33,488 nt of DNA, taken from Bdellovibrionales bacterium (GTDB taxonomy: Bacteria > Bdellovibrionota > Bdellovibrionia > Bdellovibrionales > UBA1609). The translations under genes and the position numbers were made by a program. Shown one piece after another: positions 1 through 7,728 of the stretch. The DNA lies in contig JBGSQJ010000377.1 in assembly GCA_041738165.1 (NCBI GenBank), positions 1 to 33,488 of the forward strand. The letters run 5' to 3'. The first letter of the stretch is position 1; every line of letters starts with the position of its first letter. The notes below the pieces were generated by a model. The model was given only the letters and a program-made list of their open reading frames with translations. It was not told the DNA's origin and did no database searches.

Positions 1-555
1 TCATTCCCAGCGCATGCAGCGACCGACGCCACGTCAACAACCAAGATTGAAGATTTGAGTGACTCTAGCGGTGCCCCTAAAAACGTGAAATTGAACCCTA
101 TGATTGGCGGGTCTTCATTTGAACACTCCAAGGGCAATCAAGGTTCAAGCGAAACCAAGTTGAGCGGAGGGATCTTAACCGAAATGGGGCAGCCTTCTCG
201 TATCATGGAGTCAGGTTTGCTTTTGCTAAACACCGATTCAGGCTCGATTTCATCGACATACTTGGCAATTCCAATGATGGCCAAATTGAGAGTGATCTCA
301 CAAAGAACACAATCATGGTATGCGTAGCTCGGCTTCATCACGGCCTTTGAAATGAGCAGCTCGAACGATGCAGAAACGCGAAATTTTGACGTCATGGCCG
401 GTCTCGGTGCTGGCGGTCGCATGCGCATGACTCAAACGGCGGATTTTTTAATCGAAGCCACCTACAACCGCGGCTTGATCGATGCGCTTAGGGCGAATGG
501 TTCGAACTATAACCAAGGCCTTTTGTTTCTAGGTGGAGTGAGCTTTAAACTGTGA
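1..555 (+). pseudogene. Outer-membrane beta-barrel-like protein, 5' end outside window, interrupted by a single in-frame TAG (325-327)
   Basis: Frame 1 is open from base 1 to the TGA at 553-555 apart from one TAG. The start reads ...SFPAHA/ATDATS, which looks like a signal-peptidase site. The text has alternating Gly/Ser/aromatic beta-strand character and an OMP-like C-terminus (LLFLGGVSFKL). The track ORFs 55..327 and 352..555 are in the same frame. Confidence 0.45.
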
Positions 556-1064
556 GAAGTTCTACGCGGCACCATAAGAAAATTCCAAAACTAGAGCCCT
601 ATTCGAATCCGAAAGTGGTTCTAAAAAACTCACCTAAAAAAGGGCGCGGGGTTTTTGCCCTTAGAGCCATTCGAAAAGGCGAAGTCATAGGCGTATTTGA
701 TGGCGAGGTGTATGACGCTGAGTTCGAAGATTGGACTCCCAACATATTGAACTACGTCATTCAGATCGGCCATGACCTCTGGCGAGATTCAACTGGCCTT
801 GCCAAATACCTCAATCATTCATGCGAGCCGAACTGTGGGTTTCGCGGACGCTTTAAAGTTGTCGCTATGCGAGATATCGAAGTGGGTGAAGAACTCACCT
901 GGGACTATGAAATGTCAGAAATGAACAATTATGGGTGGCGCATGCGCTGCCGCTGCGGAGCCTCGTCATGTCGTGGCGAAATCGGCCATCACCGCAATAT
1001 GCCTCGCTCAATTCGAGAGCGCTACGGAAGCCATATTTCTTATTGGATCCGCAAGCGAAAATAA
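552..1064 (+). CDS. SET-domain protein (putative protein-lysine N-methyltransferase)
   Basis: GRGVFA near the N-terminus, the NHSCEPNC motif, ELTWDY, and a post-SET Cys cluster (CRCGASSCRG). The GTG start overlaps the upstream stop (GTGA). Confidence 0.8.
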   Translation: MRSSTRHHKKIPKLEPYSNPKVVLKNSPKKGRGVFALRAIRKGEVIGVFDGEVYDAEFEDWTPNILNYVIQIGHDLWRDSTGLAKYLNHSCEPNCGFRGRFKVVAMRDIEVGEELTWDYEMSEMNNYGWRMRCRCGASSCRGEIGHHRNMPRSIRERYGSHISYWIRKRK

Positions 1065-1216
1065 AACCTTGTAAAAAAGGTGCCAGGGATTCGCGAAAAT
1101 GGTCACCTGGGCACGCGCAAAAATGTCACTGGCGGTATATTTTCTAGGCTCAGCTCAAAGCCACTAGGCTCTACGTTGGCACGAATAGTGGATTACATGT
1201 CCAAAGGAGAGATGAA

Positions 1217-1936
1217 GTGATTTCTATTAAGGGAGCTATGCAAATGAAATCAAGTGGGAAAATCTTAATTGGCGCCTTGGCTATTGCCATGATCGGCCTT
1301 TCTGCATGTAGCAAAAAGAAAAGTGGCGACAGTGGTGGAACCGCGGCTGCACCTCCTGCACCGGCGACAACTACGGCGACGGGTGTTCCGGGAACTGGTG
1401 GTTCTGGGCAAATTAAAGTTGGAACTTGGCAAGGCTCTATCGGCATTGTCAATATGGATGTCTATCGTCAAATGATGTTTGAATTGCAACGTTGCTCCAA
1501 TGTGGACAATAACCAGAACCAGAACCAGAATAGTTGGAATTGGAGTTGGAGATGGAACTGTGGCCACAACTACCTCACCAATTGCTCTTCACTTTCTGGC
1601 TATACTTATGTGACCATCAACGTTCAAGGCGGCTTTGTACCAGGCCCGGGACGCTTTTCACTGACTCCCGCTTCATATGGCAGTTGGATGGCCACTATGG
1701 CAAAGCAAGGTGATGCCTATATGAATTCAGATAACAACGGGTTTCAAGTTCATAGCTACGTCTATCAGTACTATGGGCAACAGAATCAGGCCGGCCAAAT
1801 CAAGGTTGTGAGCTATTACACCGACAGCACTCAGATGGTTTTGAACACTCAGGTATTCTACAAAGACCAAAAAGTGGCAGAGGGTCAAACCCGCATGCAG
1901 AACCAGTACTACTATCAACAGAACCAGGGTTACTAG
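1217..1936 (+). CDS. Q/N/W/Y-rich lipoprotein of unknown function
   Basis: AAAGGAGAG Shine-Dalgarno 5-7 nt before the GTG at 1217 (alternative ATGs at 1238 and 1244). Signal peptide with lipobox LSAC. Low-complexity stretches NNQNQNQNSWNWSWRWN and a C-terminal QNQYYYQQNQGY. Confidence 0.7.
   Translation: MISIKGAMQMKSSGKILIGALAIAMIGLSACSKKKSGDSGGTAAAPPAPATTTATGVPGTGGSGQIKVGTWQGSIGIVNMDVYRQMMFELQRCSNVDNNQNQNQNSWNWSWRWNCGHNYLTNCSSLSGYTYVTINVQGGFVPGPGRFSLTPASYGSWMATMAKQGDAYMNSDNNGFQVHSYVYQYYGQQNQAGQIKVVSYYTDSTQMVLNTQVFYKDQKVAEGQTRMQNQYYYQQNQGY
1511..1557 (+). repeat. Two adjacent in-frame hexanucleotide tandem arrays, (AACCAG)x3 then (TTGGAR)x3-4
   Basis: Read directly: aaccagaaccagaaccag at 1511-1528 and ttggaattggagttggagatggaa at 1534-1557, inside the lipoprotein CDS. 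Confidence 0.85.
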
Positions 1937-2081
1937 TAAAAATCGCCTGTGAACATCGGGGCATGAGATTGTCAAGTGCCCCAAGTCTTACCAGTTACGA
2001 ATCCCAGAACATTTTAGACTCCAAACTGTGCGCGATAGCCTAAAAAATGCCGCGCAACTTCATTCTATTTGTTTTTTCTCA

Positions 2082-2111
2082 TTGACCTAGTCTTTGTGTT
2101 GGCGCTTCAAT
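2082..2111 (+). promoter_or_regulatory. Candidate sigma-70 promoter for the HU gene (TTGACC-N18-TTCAAT)
   Basis: TTGACC at 2082-2087 and TTCAAT at 2106-2111, about 45 nt upstream of the ATG at 2155. The -10 matches 4/6 and the spacing is 18 nt. Confidence 0.3.
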
Positions 2112-2154
2112 AGTTCCAATTACGAACAACATGTTTCCAAAATGGGGGAAATAA

Positions 2155-2427
2155 ATGAATAAAGCTGAGCTTATCGAGAAAGTCGCAAAAGAAGTTGGCA
2201 CCACTAAAGCCCAAGCCGAAAAACTTTTGGATTGCACTCTAGACACAATTAAAAAGTCTGTAAAAAAAGGTGACGAAGTGAAACTCGTCGGTTTTGGCAC
2301 TTTTGTAAAAGCCAAGCGCAAAGCTCGCACGGGCCGTAACCCCCAAACTGGCAAGGCGATCAAGATTCCTGCTAGCTCTTTTCCAAAATTTCGTCCAGGC
2401 GCTGAATTTAAAGCTTCTGTTCGCTAA
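2155..2427 (+). CDS. hup: DNA-binding protein HU (HU/IHF family)
   Basis: 90 aa beginning MNKAELIEKVA, with GFGTF...RKARTGRNPQTG...I arm motifs. GGGGGA ribosome-binding site upstream. Confidence 0.93.
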   Translation: MNKAELIEKVAKEVGTTKAQAEKLLDCTLDTIKKSVKKGDEVKLVGFGTFVKAKRKARTGRNPQTGKAIKIPASSFPKFRPGAEFKASVR

Positions 2428-2450
2428 GTCTTGACTTAGATTTGAGATTC

Positions 2451-2488
2451 AAAAGACCATTTCTGAAAAGGAATGGTCTTTTTTTTTA
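2451..2488 (+). terminator. Rho-independent terminator after hup
   Basis: Stem aaaagaccatt / aatggtctttt, followed by a T9 run. Confidence 0.85.
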
Positions 2489-2498
2489 AGGAATGTCC

Positions 2499-3494
2499 AT
2501 GGCAGATGCCTCAAAAAACGAAAAACTTAAGAAAATTGGCGTTTTCACCAGTGGCGGCGATGCCCCAGGCATGAATGCCGCCATTCGAGCCGTGGTGAGG
2601 ACCGCACGAACCATGGACATTGAGGTGGTCGGCATCGTTCAAGGCTATACAGGCCTTCTTGAGGGCCAAATAACCACCTTAGAAATGAGATCAGTCGCCA
2701 ATATCATTCAGCGCGGCGGGACAATTCTAAAAGCCGGGCGCTGCTTAGAGTTTCACAAAGCCGAGGTGCGCGCTAAGGCGGCTAAATTTGTCAGAGATTG
2801 CGGTATCGATGGGCTCGTTGCCATAGGCGGCGACGGCACCTTTCGTGGCGCCGAATTGCTCGCAGCTGAACATGCCCTTCCCATCGTGGGAGTGCCTGGC
2901 ACAATCGACAATGATATTTGGGGCACCGACGAAACAGTTGGGTTCGATACGGCCGTCAACACGGCTCTTGAAGCCATCGACCGAATTCGCGATACAGCGG
3001 CCAGTCACGATCGCCTTTTTATCGTCGAGGTTATGGGCCGAGATTCTGGTTTTATCGCCATCGATGTAGGACTCGCAGGGGGCGCCGAAGAGGTTTTTAT
3101 TCCTGAAACATTGGCCAATGTGGAGCAAGCCATTCAGGCGATTCGGCGCGGGATGGCGCGCGGTAAGCATTCGAGCATATTGATTGCGGCTGAAGGGCAA
3201 AGGCATGGGCGCGCCTATGACTTGGCCGATCAGATACGAAGAAAAGCTGGCTATGACGCGAAAGTTTGTATTCTTGGGCATATTCAACGGGGCGGAAGCC
3301 CGAGCGCGCGCGACCGAATCTTGGCAAGCCGGCTTGGACACTCAGCCGTTCAGGCACTTGCGCAAGGCCTGAGCGGAGTCATGATTGGTGTGCAGTCGAG
3401 CGCGGTGGTTTCTGTTCCTTTTAAGGAATGCTCAAGTAAAAAACGCCAGGTGCCAAGCGAACTCATAGAACTCGTGCGCATTTTATCGCATTGA
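2499..3494 (+). CDS. pfkA: ATP-dependent 6-phosphofructokinase
   Basis: Motifs GGDAPGMNAAIR, GGDGT, PGTIDND, MGR and GHIQRGG. The AAGGA Shine-Dalgarno sits 6 nt before the ATG at 2499; an in-frame ATG at 2493 is the alternative start. Confidence 0.93.
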   Translation: MADASKNEKLKKIGVFTSGGDAPGMNAAIRAVVRTARTMDIEVVGIVQGYTGLLEGQITTLEMRSVANIIQRGGTILKAGRCLEFHKAEVRAKAAKFVRDCGIDGLVAIGGDGTFRGAELLAAEHALPIVGVPGTIDNDIWGTDETVGFDTAVNTALEAIDRIRDTAASHDRLFIVEVMGRDSGFIAIDVGLAGGAEEVFIPETLANVEQAIQAIRRGMARGKHSSILIAAEGQRHGRAYDLADQIRRKAGYDAKVCILGHIQRGGSPSARDRILASRLGHSAVQALAQGLSGVMIGVQSSAVVSVPFKECSSKKRQVPSELIELVRILSH

Positions 3495-3595
3495 TTCTCG
3501 CTTCGTGTAGGAATTTGCATTGGCAGGTCCTGCCTGTGTGATTGTAGTTATTAGCTCGCTCGTGGCGCGAATTCTTCCCTTAAGGCGCTCCATCT

Positions 3596-3810
3596 CGCGT
3601 ACGTCTGTAGCGCCAAATCTCAAAAACTTCCATGTCGTTGCGAAAGAGGTAATCTTTCTTCATATGTTAGAGGTTCTATCACGCTTTTTTAGATGGGCAT
3701 TTTTGAGGTTTTCGCCTTGAGATTGATGTTTTAGATAATCGCCAGGAGGCGGTTTAAACCTAAATCTGACTTCGCCATAAGACGCAAAATCCTAACAAAC
3801 CAAGGATGAT
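3596..3810 (-). mobile_element. Internally deleted copy of the Y1/HUH transposase element (keeps the last ~62 nt of the gene plus ~150 nt of 5' leader)
   Basis: 3596-3657 matches 5629-5690 at 61/62 positions. 3658-3810 matches 6069-6222 at roughly 85-90%. The 378 nt corresponding to 5691-6068 are absent. A residual 27-codon ORF (3580..3663, MKKDYLFRNDMEVFEIWRYRRTRDGAP) remains. Confidence 0.85.
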
Positions 3811-4006
3811 AGCTCTACGGCCTGGCTACTCAACTCCGATATCAAGACACCTATAATCGAACTTCTGCAGAAACCTATATGCGTAGGCTGTACATATTTC
3901 ACATGAAGTCAAATTTTAGTTAGGGCGCCCACTCTTTTGATATTTGATGGTAAGAGGTGTTCATTAAATTTAGGAACTCATTCGTCAAAAATAGAGGGGA
4001 TGCTCG

Positions 4007-4381
4007 ATGAAAAAAGTGAAACTTACAGGTTTGGTCTGTTTGTTAATGAGTGTGACAGCGCCGGCTTTTGCCAATGCCAAAATTTTGACTCAAAATGCTG
4101 ATGAATTCATCGCAGCGTTGTCTAACAAGGTTGGGTTTGAGCTTGAAGCTCAAGATGACTTTCAAGCGAATTTAGAAAACATTTGCACTGGATCGACTCT
4201 CGGTAATGCCATGAGTGGGATTTTAGATATTTATAGCGAGATCGCCTACGGTGACGACCCGAAACTTGAGGGCTATGAGATCATTTTCAAAGAAGACAGG
4301 GTCCGAGTGAGAATACTCAGAAGGTTTGATTTAGCCGTTAGCAATGTCGAAGTCAGCTATGAAAGCCTTATTTGCCGCTGA
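4007..4381 (+). CDS. Small secreted protein, unknown function
   Basis: GAGGGG ribosome-binding site and a signal peptide (MKKVKLTGLVCLLMSVTAPAFA/NA). I recognise no family. Confidence 0.6.
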   Translation: MKKVKLTGLVCLLMSVTAPAFANAKILTQNADEFIAALSNKVGFELEAQDDFQANLENICTGSTLGNAMSGILDIYSEIAYGDDPKLEGYEIIFKEDRVRVRILRRFDLAVSNVEVSYESLICR

Positions 4382-4396
4382 CCTCGCTAATGAAGT

Positions 4397-5515
4397 TTAG
4401 TCCCGTTTCAGATTGACCTGATTAACGCGTGGAGGGTTGGCTTCCATCATCGACAAAATGTCTTCGACAACAAGCTGCACGCCGCGAGCGCTCAAATGGA
4501 CTCCATCTGGGCGCACGACCAATTGGGGACTGACCCGGGCCCGAGATTTGCCCTTGTTGGTGCCCGAAACATCAAGATAAACCTTTGTGCCATCTTTTAA
4601 GGTGTAGTGACGCGTCACTACTAGCTCGTGAACTATGGCTTCTAAATCAACTAAGTAGCAATTTTTTTCGGGCACACAATACTGCTTAAGGCGGTGATTG
4701 ATCGTTTGCCGGCAAGACTCGTTTTGGGGAAGCATAAAGAGCTGCATCAAATAGCTAAATGTCGAACGATCTTCGAGGGGCACATTTCCAAGAATCAAAA
4801 CTTTTCCGTCGTTATAAACTTTATCGACAAAAGGAGCTATAGATTCAGTGCCGCCGCAATAGTCTCCGGTGGTCGCATCAATAAAAAAAGCATCGATGCC
4901 GATTAGAACCGAAGATCTTTCATAAAGCTTGTTCATCCTTCTGAGCGATCGATTTGGGCCTTCGCTTGGGTCTTCGGCGATTTGATACAGCATGCGCTCC
5001 ATTTTGTATAAACCCGATTCGAGCCCAACACGCGTGTTAATCAAGTTGCGAATCTTGCGCCAAGAGATGAAAAATTCATTTTTCAATTGAAAACAAAGCT
5101 CAGCTGTTCGGTTGCCCTGGCTCTCCGTCTCGCTCAAATTGCTATACCGGTCGCAAAGCGTGGGATCATCTTTGAGACGGGCGATCAAATCATTTAAGGG
5201 GTCACTTGCTGATTCTCTAATCGCGTATTCCTCGAAACTGATCTTATGGGGCTCAGATATATTTCCGATGGGTTCTCGGCCCGCATAGTATTTGGCGAGC
5301 ACATCCCCGGGGCCTTCGGCTCGCGCCATAATTCCGCGCAAAAAATTACCGCTCACCGTGTGTCCAAAAATCAAGGTGTTCTCAAAAACTGAGGTGAAGC
5401 TCCGATTAGAGAAGTCATACCGAGCCGAATCGACCTGAACCTGTTCCCCAATCGCGGCGCTCGAAGTGACAAAAGCCGTCACAATTGCAACTCTCAACGA
5501 CCATTTTGATGCCAT
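4397..5515 (-). CDS. Secreted protein of unknown function; weak SGNH/GDSL-hydrolase-like motifs
   Basis: GAGGTGG ribosome-binding site and an N-terminal signal-like segment. The C-terminal RPDGVHLSARG resembles SGNH block V (DGxH), IFGHTVSGN is a possible degenerate block I, and LILGNVP a possible block III. The family call is tentative. Confidence 0.55.
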   Translation of the reverse strand: MASKWSLRVAIVTAFVTSSAAIGEQVQVDSARYDFSNRSFTSVFENTLIFGHTVSGNFLRGIMARAEGPGDVLAKYYAGREPIGNISEPHKISFEEYAIRESASDPLNDLIARLKDDPTLCDRYSNLSETESQGNRTAELCFQLKNEFFISWRKIRNLINTRVGLESGLYKMERMLYQIAEDPSEGPNRSLRRMNKLYERSSVLIGIDAFFIDATTGDYCGGTESIAPFVDKVYNDGKVLILGNVPLEDRSTFSYLMQLFMLPQNESCRQTINHRLKQYCVPEKNCYLVDLEAIVHELVVTRHYTLKDGTKVYLDVSGTNKGKSRARVSPQLVVRPDGVHLSARGVQLVVEDILSMMEANPPRVNQVNLKRD

Positions 5516-5612
5516 AAGACCACCTCGCCTAGTTGACCAACTATGGCTTCACTTTGTGTGCCACGGTAGCGGGCCGCGAATTTACCTAAGATTGTATTGT
5601 CCAGAAAGGAAT

Positions 5613-6074
5613 TTAAGCCGGCCCAGCCCGCGTACGTCGGTAGCGCCAAATCTCAAAAACTTCCATGTCGTTGCGAAAGAGGTAATCTTTAAGAGCGTTA
5701 ACCTCACGGCCCCAAGTGGCTAATCGTGTGTAGGGTCTGAGCTTAAAAAATCCACTGCCAAAGCGACGCGCGATCTGGCCGGTTAGCGTTCGGATGAATC
5801 TCACATAAGCCGTCCGATTAGGGACCTTGATCAGAAAATGAATATGATCGCGTTGAACGCCTGAAGCGCAGACCTTGATACCGAATGAATTAGCATACTT
5901 AGAAGCAAGCACTTTGATCATCAACCTCGATTTAAAAAAGCTTACCGACGTTTGAGTCTTCAAAACCAGATGGATGGGCCGCCGAGAAGATAAAGTGCGT
6001 TTGTCTTGCCGAGTGTTGTTCAGTTCACCTCCGCACGCAAGATTTGGCTTAGGAATTAACGAGAGCTGCTTCAT
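5613..6074 (-). CDS. Y1 (HUH) tyrosine transposase, IS200/IS605-like or REP-associated (RAYT-like)
   Basis: 153 aa with an HUH motif (RDHIHFLIKV) and a C-terminal Tyr motif (KDYLFRND). A second, deleted copy is present in the window. Confidence 0.7.
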   Translation of the reverse strand: MKQLSLIPKPNLACGGELNNTRQDKRTLSSRRPIHLVLKTQTSVSFFKSRLMIKVLASKYANSFGIKVCASGVQRDHIHFLIKVPNRTAYVRFIRTLTGQIARRFGSGFFKLRPYTRLATWGREVNALKDYLFRNDMEVFEIWRYRRTRAGPA

Positions 6075-6222
6075 ACAAATGAAGTTCTATCATGCTTTTT
6101 TAGATGGGCATTTTTGAGGTTTTGCTCCTTGAGATTGATGTTTTAGATAATCGCCAGGAGGCGGTTTAAACTCAAATCTGACTTCGCCACGAGACGCAAA
6201 TTTTAAGTGAACCAAGGATGAT
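5629..6222 (-). mobile_element. Full-length copy of the Y1-transposase element (extent defined only by homology to the deleted copy)
   Basis: The boundaries are where similarity to 3596-3810 starts and stops. I could not identify terminal hairpins or target-site duplications. Confidence 0.6.
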
Positions 6223-6680
6223 GCCTATTAGAGAAAAGACCTTTTGCCAGCTCAACTCGTGAGTCGAAAAACCCGTCAATCAAAAAATTGTATCCATACA
6301 ATATCCCAAATTTTCGTGGGTGCCGTAGTAAAATATACGAAACTAAAAAATACAGAATCCCGACTAGTCACTATTTAAAAACGCTGCAACCCGAAGGCAC
6401 CCCTAAACCAAACTACTTAGTCTTCGATTCTCTCCGCGCAGAAAACGGAGCAAGATCGCGATTCATAGCGTGACAGCATCTCAAACAGATACGGCCGTTC
6501 ATTTGATTGACAGATGTCGGTATGCTGATTCAGTCGAAGCGCTCATTCCAATTGAATTGTTCTACAAGGCCAAGCGGTAGGCTCAATACTTGCTCTTATC
6601 TATTCTCATGAACTCCACCCATACGGTGGTGTTTCAAAATGAGACAAATAACCGTACTGAGCAAAAGGACTATAACGAAC

Positions 6681-7385
6681 ATGAAAACAAGCGGCCAAAG
6701 CCTAATACCAATATTCGTGACGATATTTGCAGTTTCAAACCCGGCTTTTGCTTGTGGCGGCGGTAAAAACACCACATACAACGTCAAGTTTGCCACCGAC
6801 TCATCAGCGCCCGATGCTCTAGCGATCACACTAACCGATCCCTCTACAGGGCAGGCCAACCAATACTTGGATGACGATGGATATTTAAGTGCACATGTGG
6901 GGATATCTTACCTCTATAAGTCTTCACTAAATTCAGATGGTTTGCCAGGTCGGGTCAGCCTAACTGACAATGAGTCGACCGTTCAGTTTATTAAGAACCG
7001 TCTTGATATTCATAAGAAATCAATTGAGAAAATGGATCTAGATCAGTTCCAAATAGATGAGTGGACAGCCCCTATCGACAAATTTAATCAGCTTATCTCA
7101 GCCTCGGGGACTGTTGACGCAAATGAATTGTGAGCGGCATTTTCAAAAATTAGCTCTGCACTTTATAATCTTGGAGGGGAGTACAGTTTTAAAAAGCGCC
7201 CGGCAGAGTCCAGTTCGTGGAGCGATCCGGTTAAAATGATCTACTTATCTCCGAATGAGATACCAAGTGGTGGGTCATTTCGCGGCTGCAATGACGGCCT
7301 TGCCTTGAACACGACAATTAGCGGTCCAAACGTTTCACAAAGCGTACAAACGCTGCCTTCATTCACTATCGAGGGGACAAAGTAA
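6681..7385 (+). pseudogene. Lipoprotein of unknown function with one in-frame TGA (7131-7133); the frame stays open for 84 further codons
   Basis: ATG at 6681 (the longer ORF starts at 6639). Signal peptide with lipobox AFAC. After the TGA the same frame runs to TAA at 7383-7385, 2 nt before the next gene's ATG. Confidence 0.5.
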
Positions 7386-7387
7386 TC

Positions 7388-7639
7388 ATGAAAAATTCGA
7401 TTGCCATCACATCACTGGTTTTAATTTTTTCAAGTGGCGCATCTTTCGCCGGCGTTTGCTTCAACTACTCGGGGCAGGTCCGGTCGGTGATGAAACATAC
7501 GGCCATTATTAAGGACCCATCGTCTAAAAAAATCCAAATCAATTTAGATAAAGTTGATTTGAAAACCAAAGAGCTGCTCGTTCGCTCTGTGGGCGAAAAA
7601 GTAAAAATTTGCATTGCGCCGGGGGCGGCCTACAAATAG
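7388..7639 (+). CDS. Small secreted protein, unknown function
   Basis: GAGGGG upstream and a signal peptide (MKNSIAITSLVLIFSSGASFA/G). Confidence 0.6.
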   Translation: MKNSIAITSLVLIFSSGASFAGVCFNYSGQVRSVMKHTAIIKDPSSKKIQINLDKVDLKTKELLVRSVGEKVKICIAPGAAYK

Positions 7640-7641
7640 CC

Positions 7642-7671
7642 AAAAAAACGCCCCGAAGTTCAATCGAGGCG
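7642..7671 (-). terminator. Rho-independent terminator downstream of flgE (a weaker hairpin also forms on the + strand)
   Basis: The minus strand reads CGCCTCG-attgaactt-CGGGGCG-TTTTTTT: a 7-bp GC-rich stem with one G.U pair, then T7. It lies 58 nt after the flgE stop. Confidence 0.75.
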
Positions 7672-7728
7672 CTTTGAGAAACTAAGTTTGAGTATGGTTC
7701 CGCACAACCTTAAAAATAATTCGTAAAA

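Noticed and set aside
2745-3341. 198-aa minus-strand ORF antisense to pfkA, with other short ORFs in the same span
   Set aside because: Shadow ORFs within a confidently identified conserved gene, with no independent support.
3523-3535. Palindrome ggcagg-t-cctgcc after pfkA as a terminator; also the hairpin at 1958-1982 after the lipoprotein gene and gggctagccc at 28958-28967 after glmS
   Set aside because: Short stems, implausibly small or very large loops, and no following T-tract. Not convincing intrinsic terminators.
3520-3720. ORFs 3520..3720 and 5466..5723 share the peptide TSVAPNLKNFHVVAKEVIF, which suggests a repeated small protein
   Set aside because: The shared peptide is simply the antisense translation of the duplicated 3' end of the Y1 transposase gene. 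The repeat is explained at the DNA level by the two element copies.
6223-6680. Long non-coding gap searched for tRNA, other small RNA, or a promoter (TTGACA at 6507-6512)
   Set aside because: I saw no cloverleaf or known RNA signature, no acceptable -10 at 16-18 nt from the TTGACA, and only a 5-bp hairpin. The 61-aa ORF 6288..6473 has no ribosome-binding site or recognisable features.
7131-7133. TGA as selenocysteine, or evidence of an alternative genetic code
   Set aside because: I see no SECIS-like hairpin just downstream and no Cys/redox motif context. TGA and TAG clearly terminate conserved genes here (pfkA, fliF, flgD and fliE end in TGA; fliH, fliI and flgB end in TAG), so the standard code applies.
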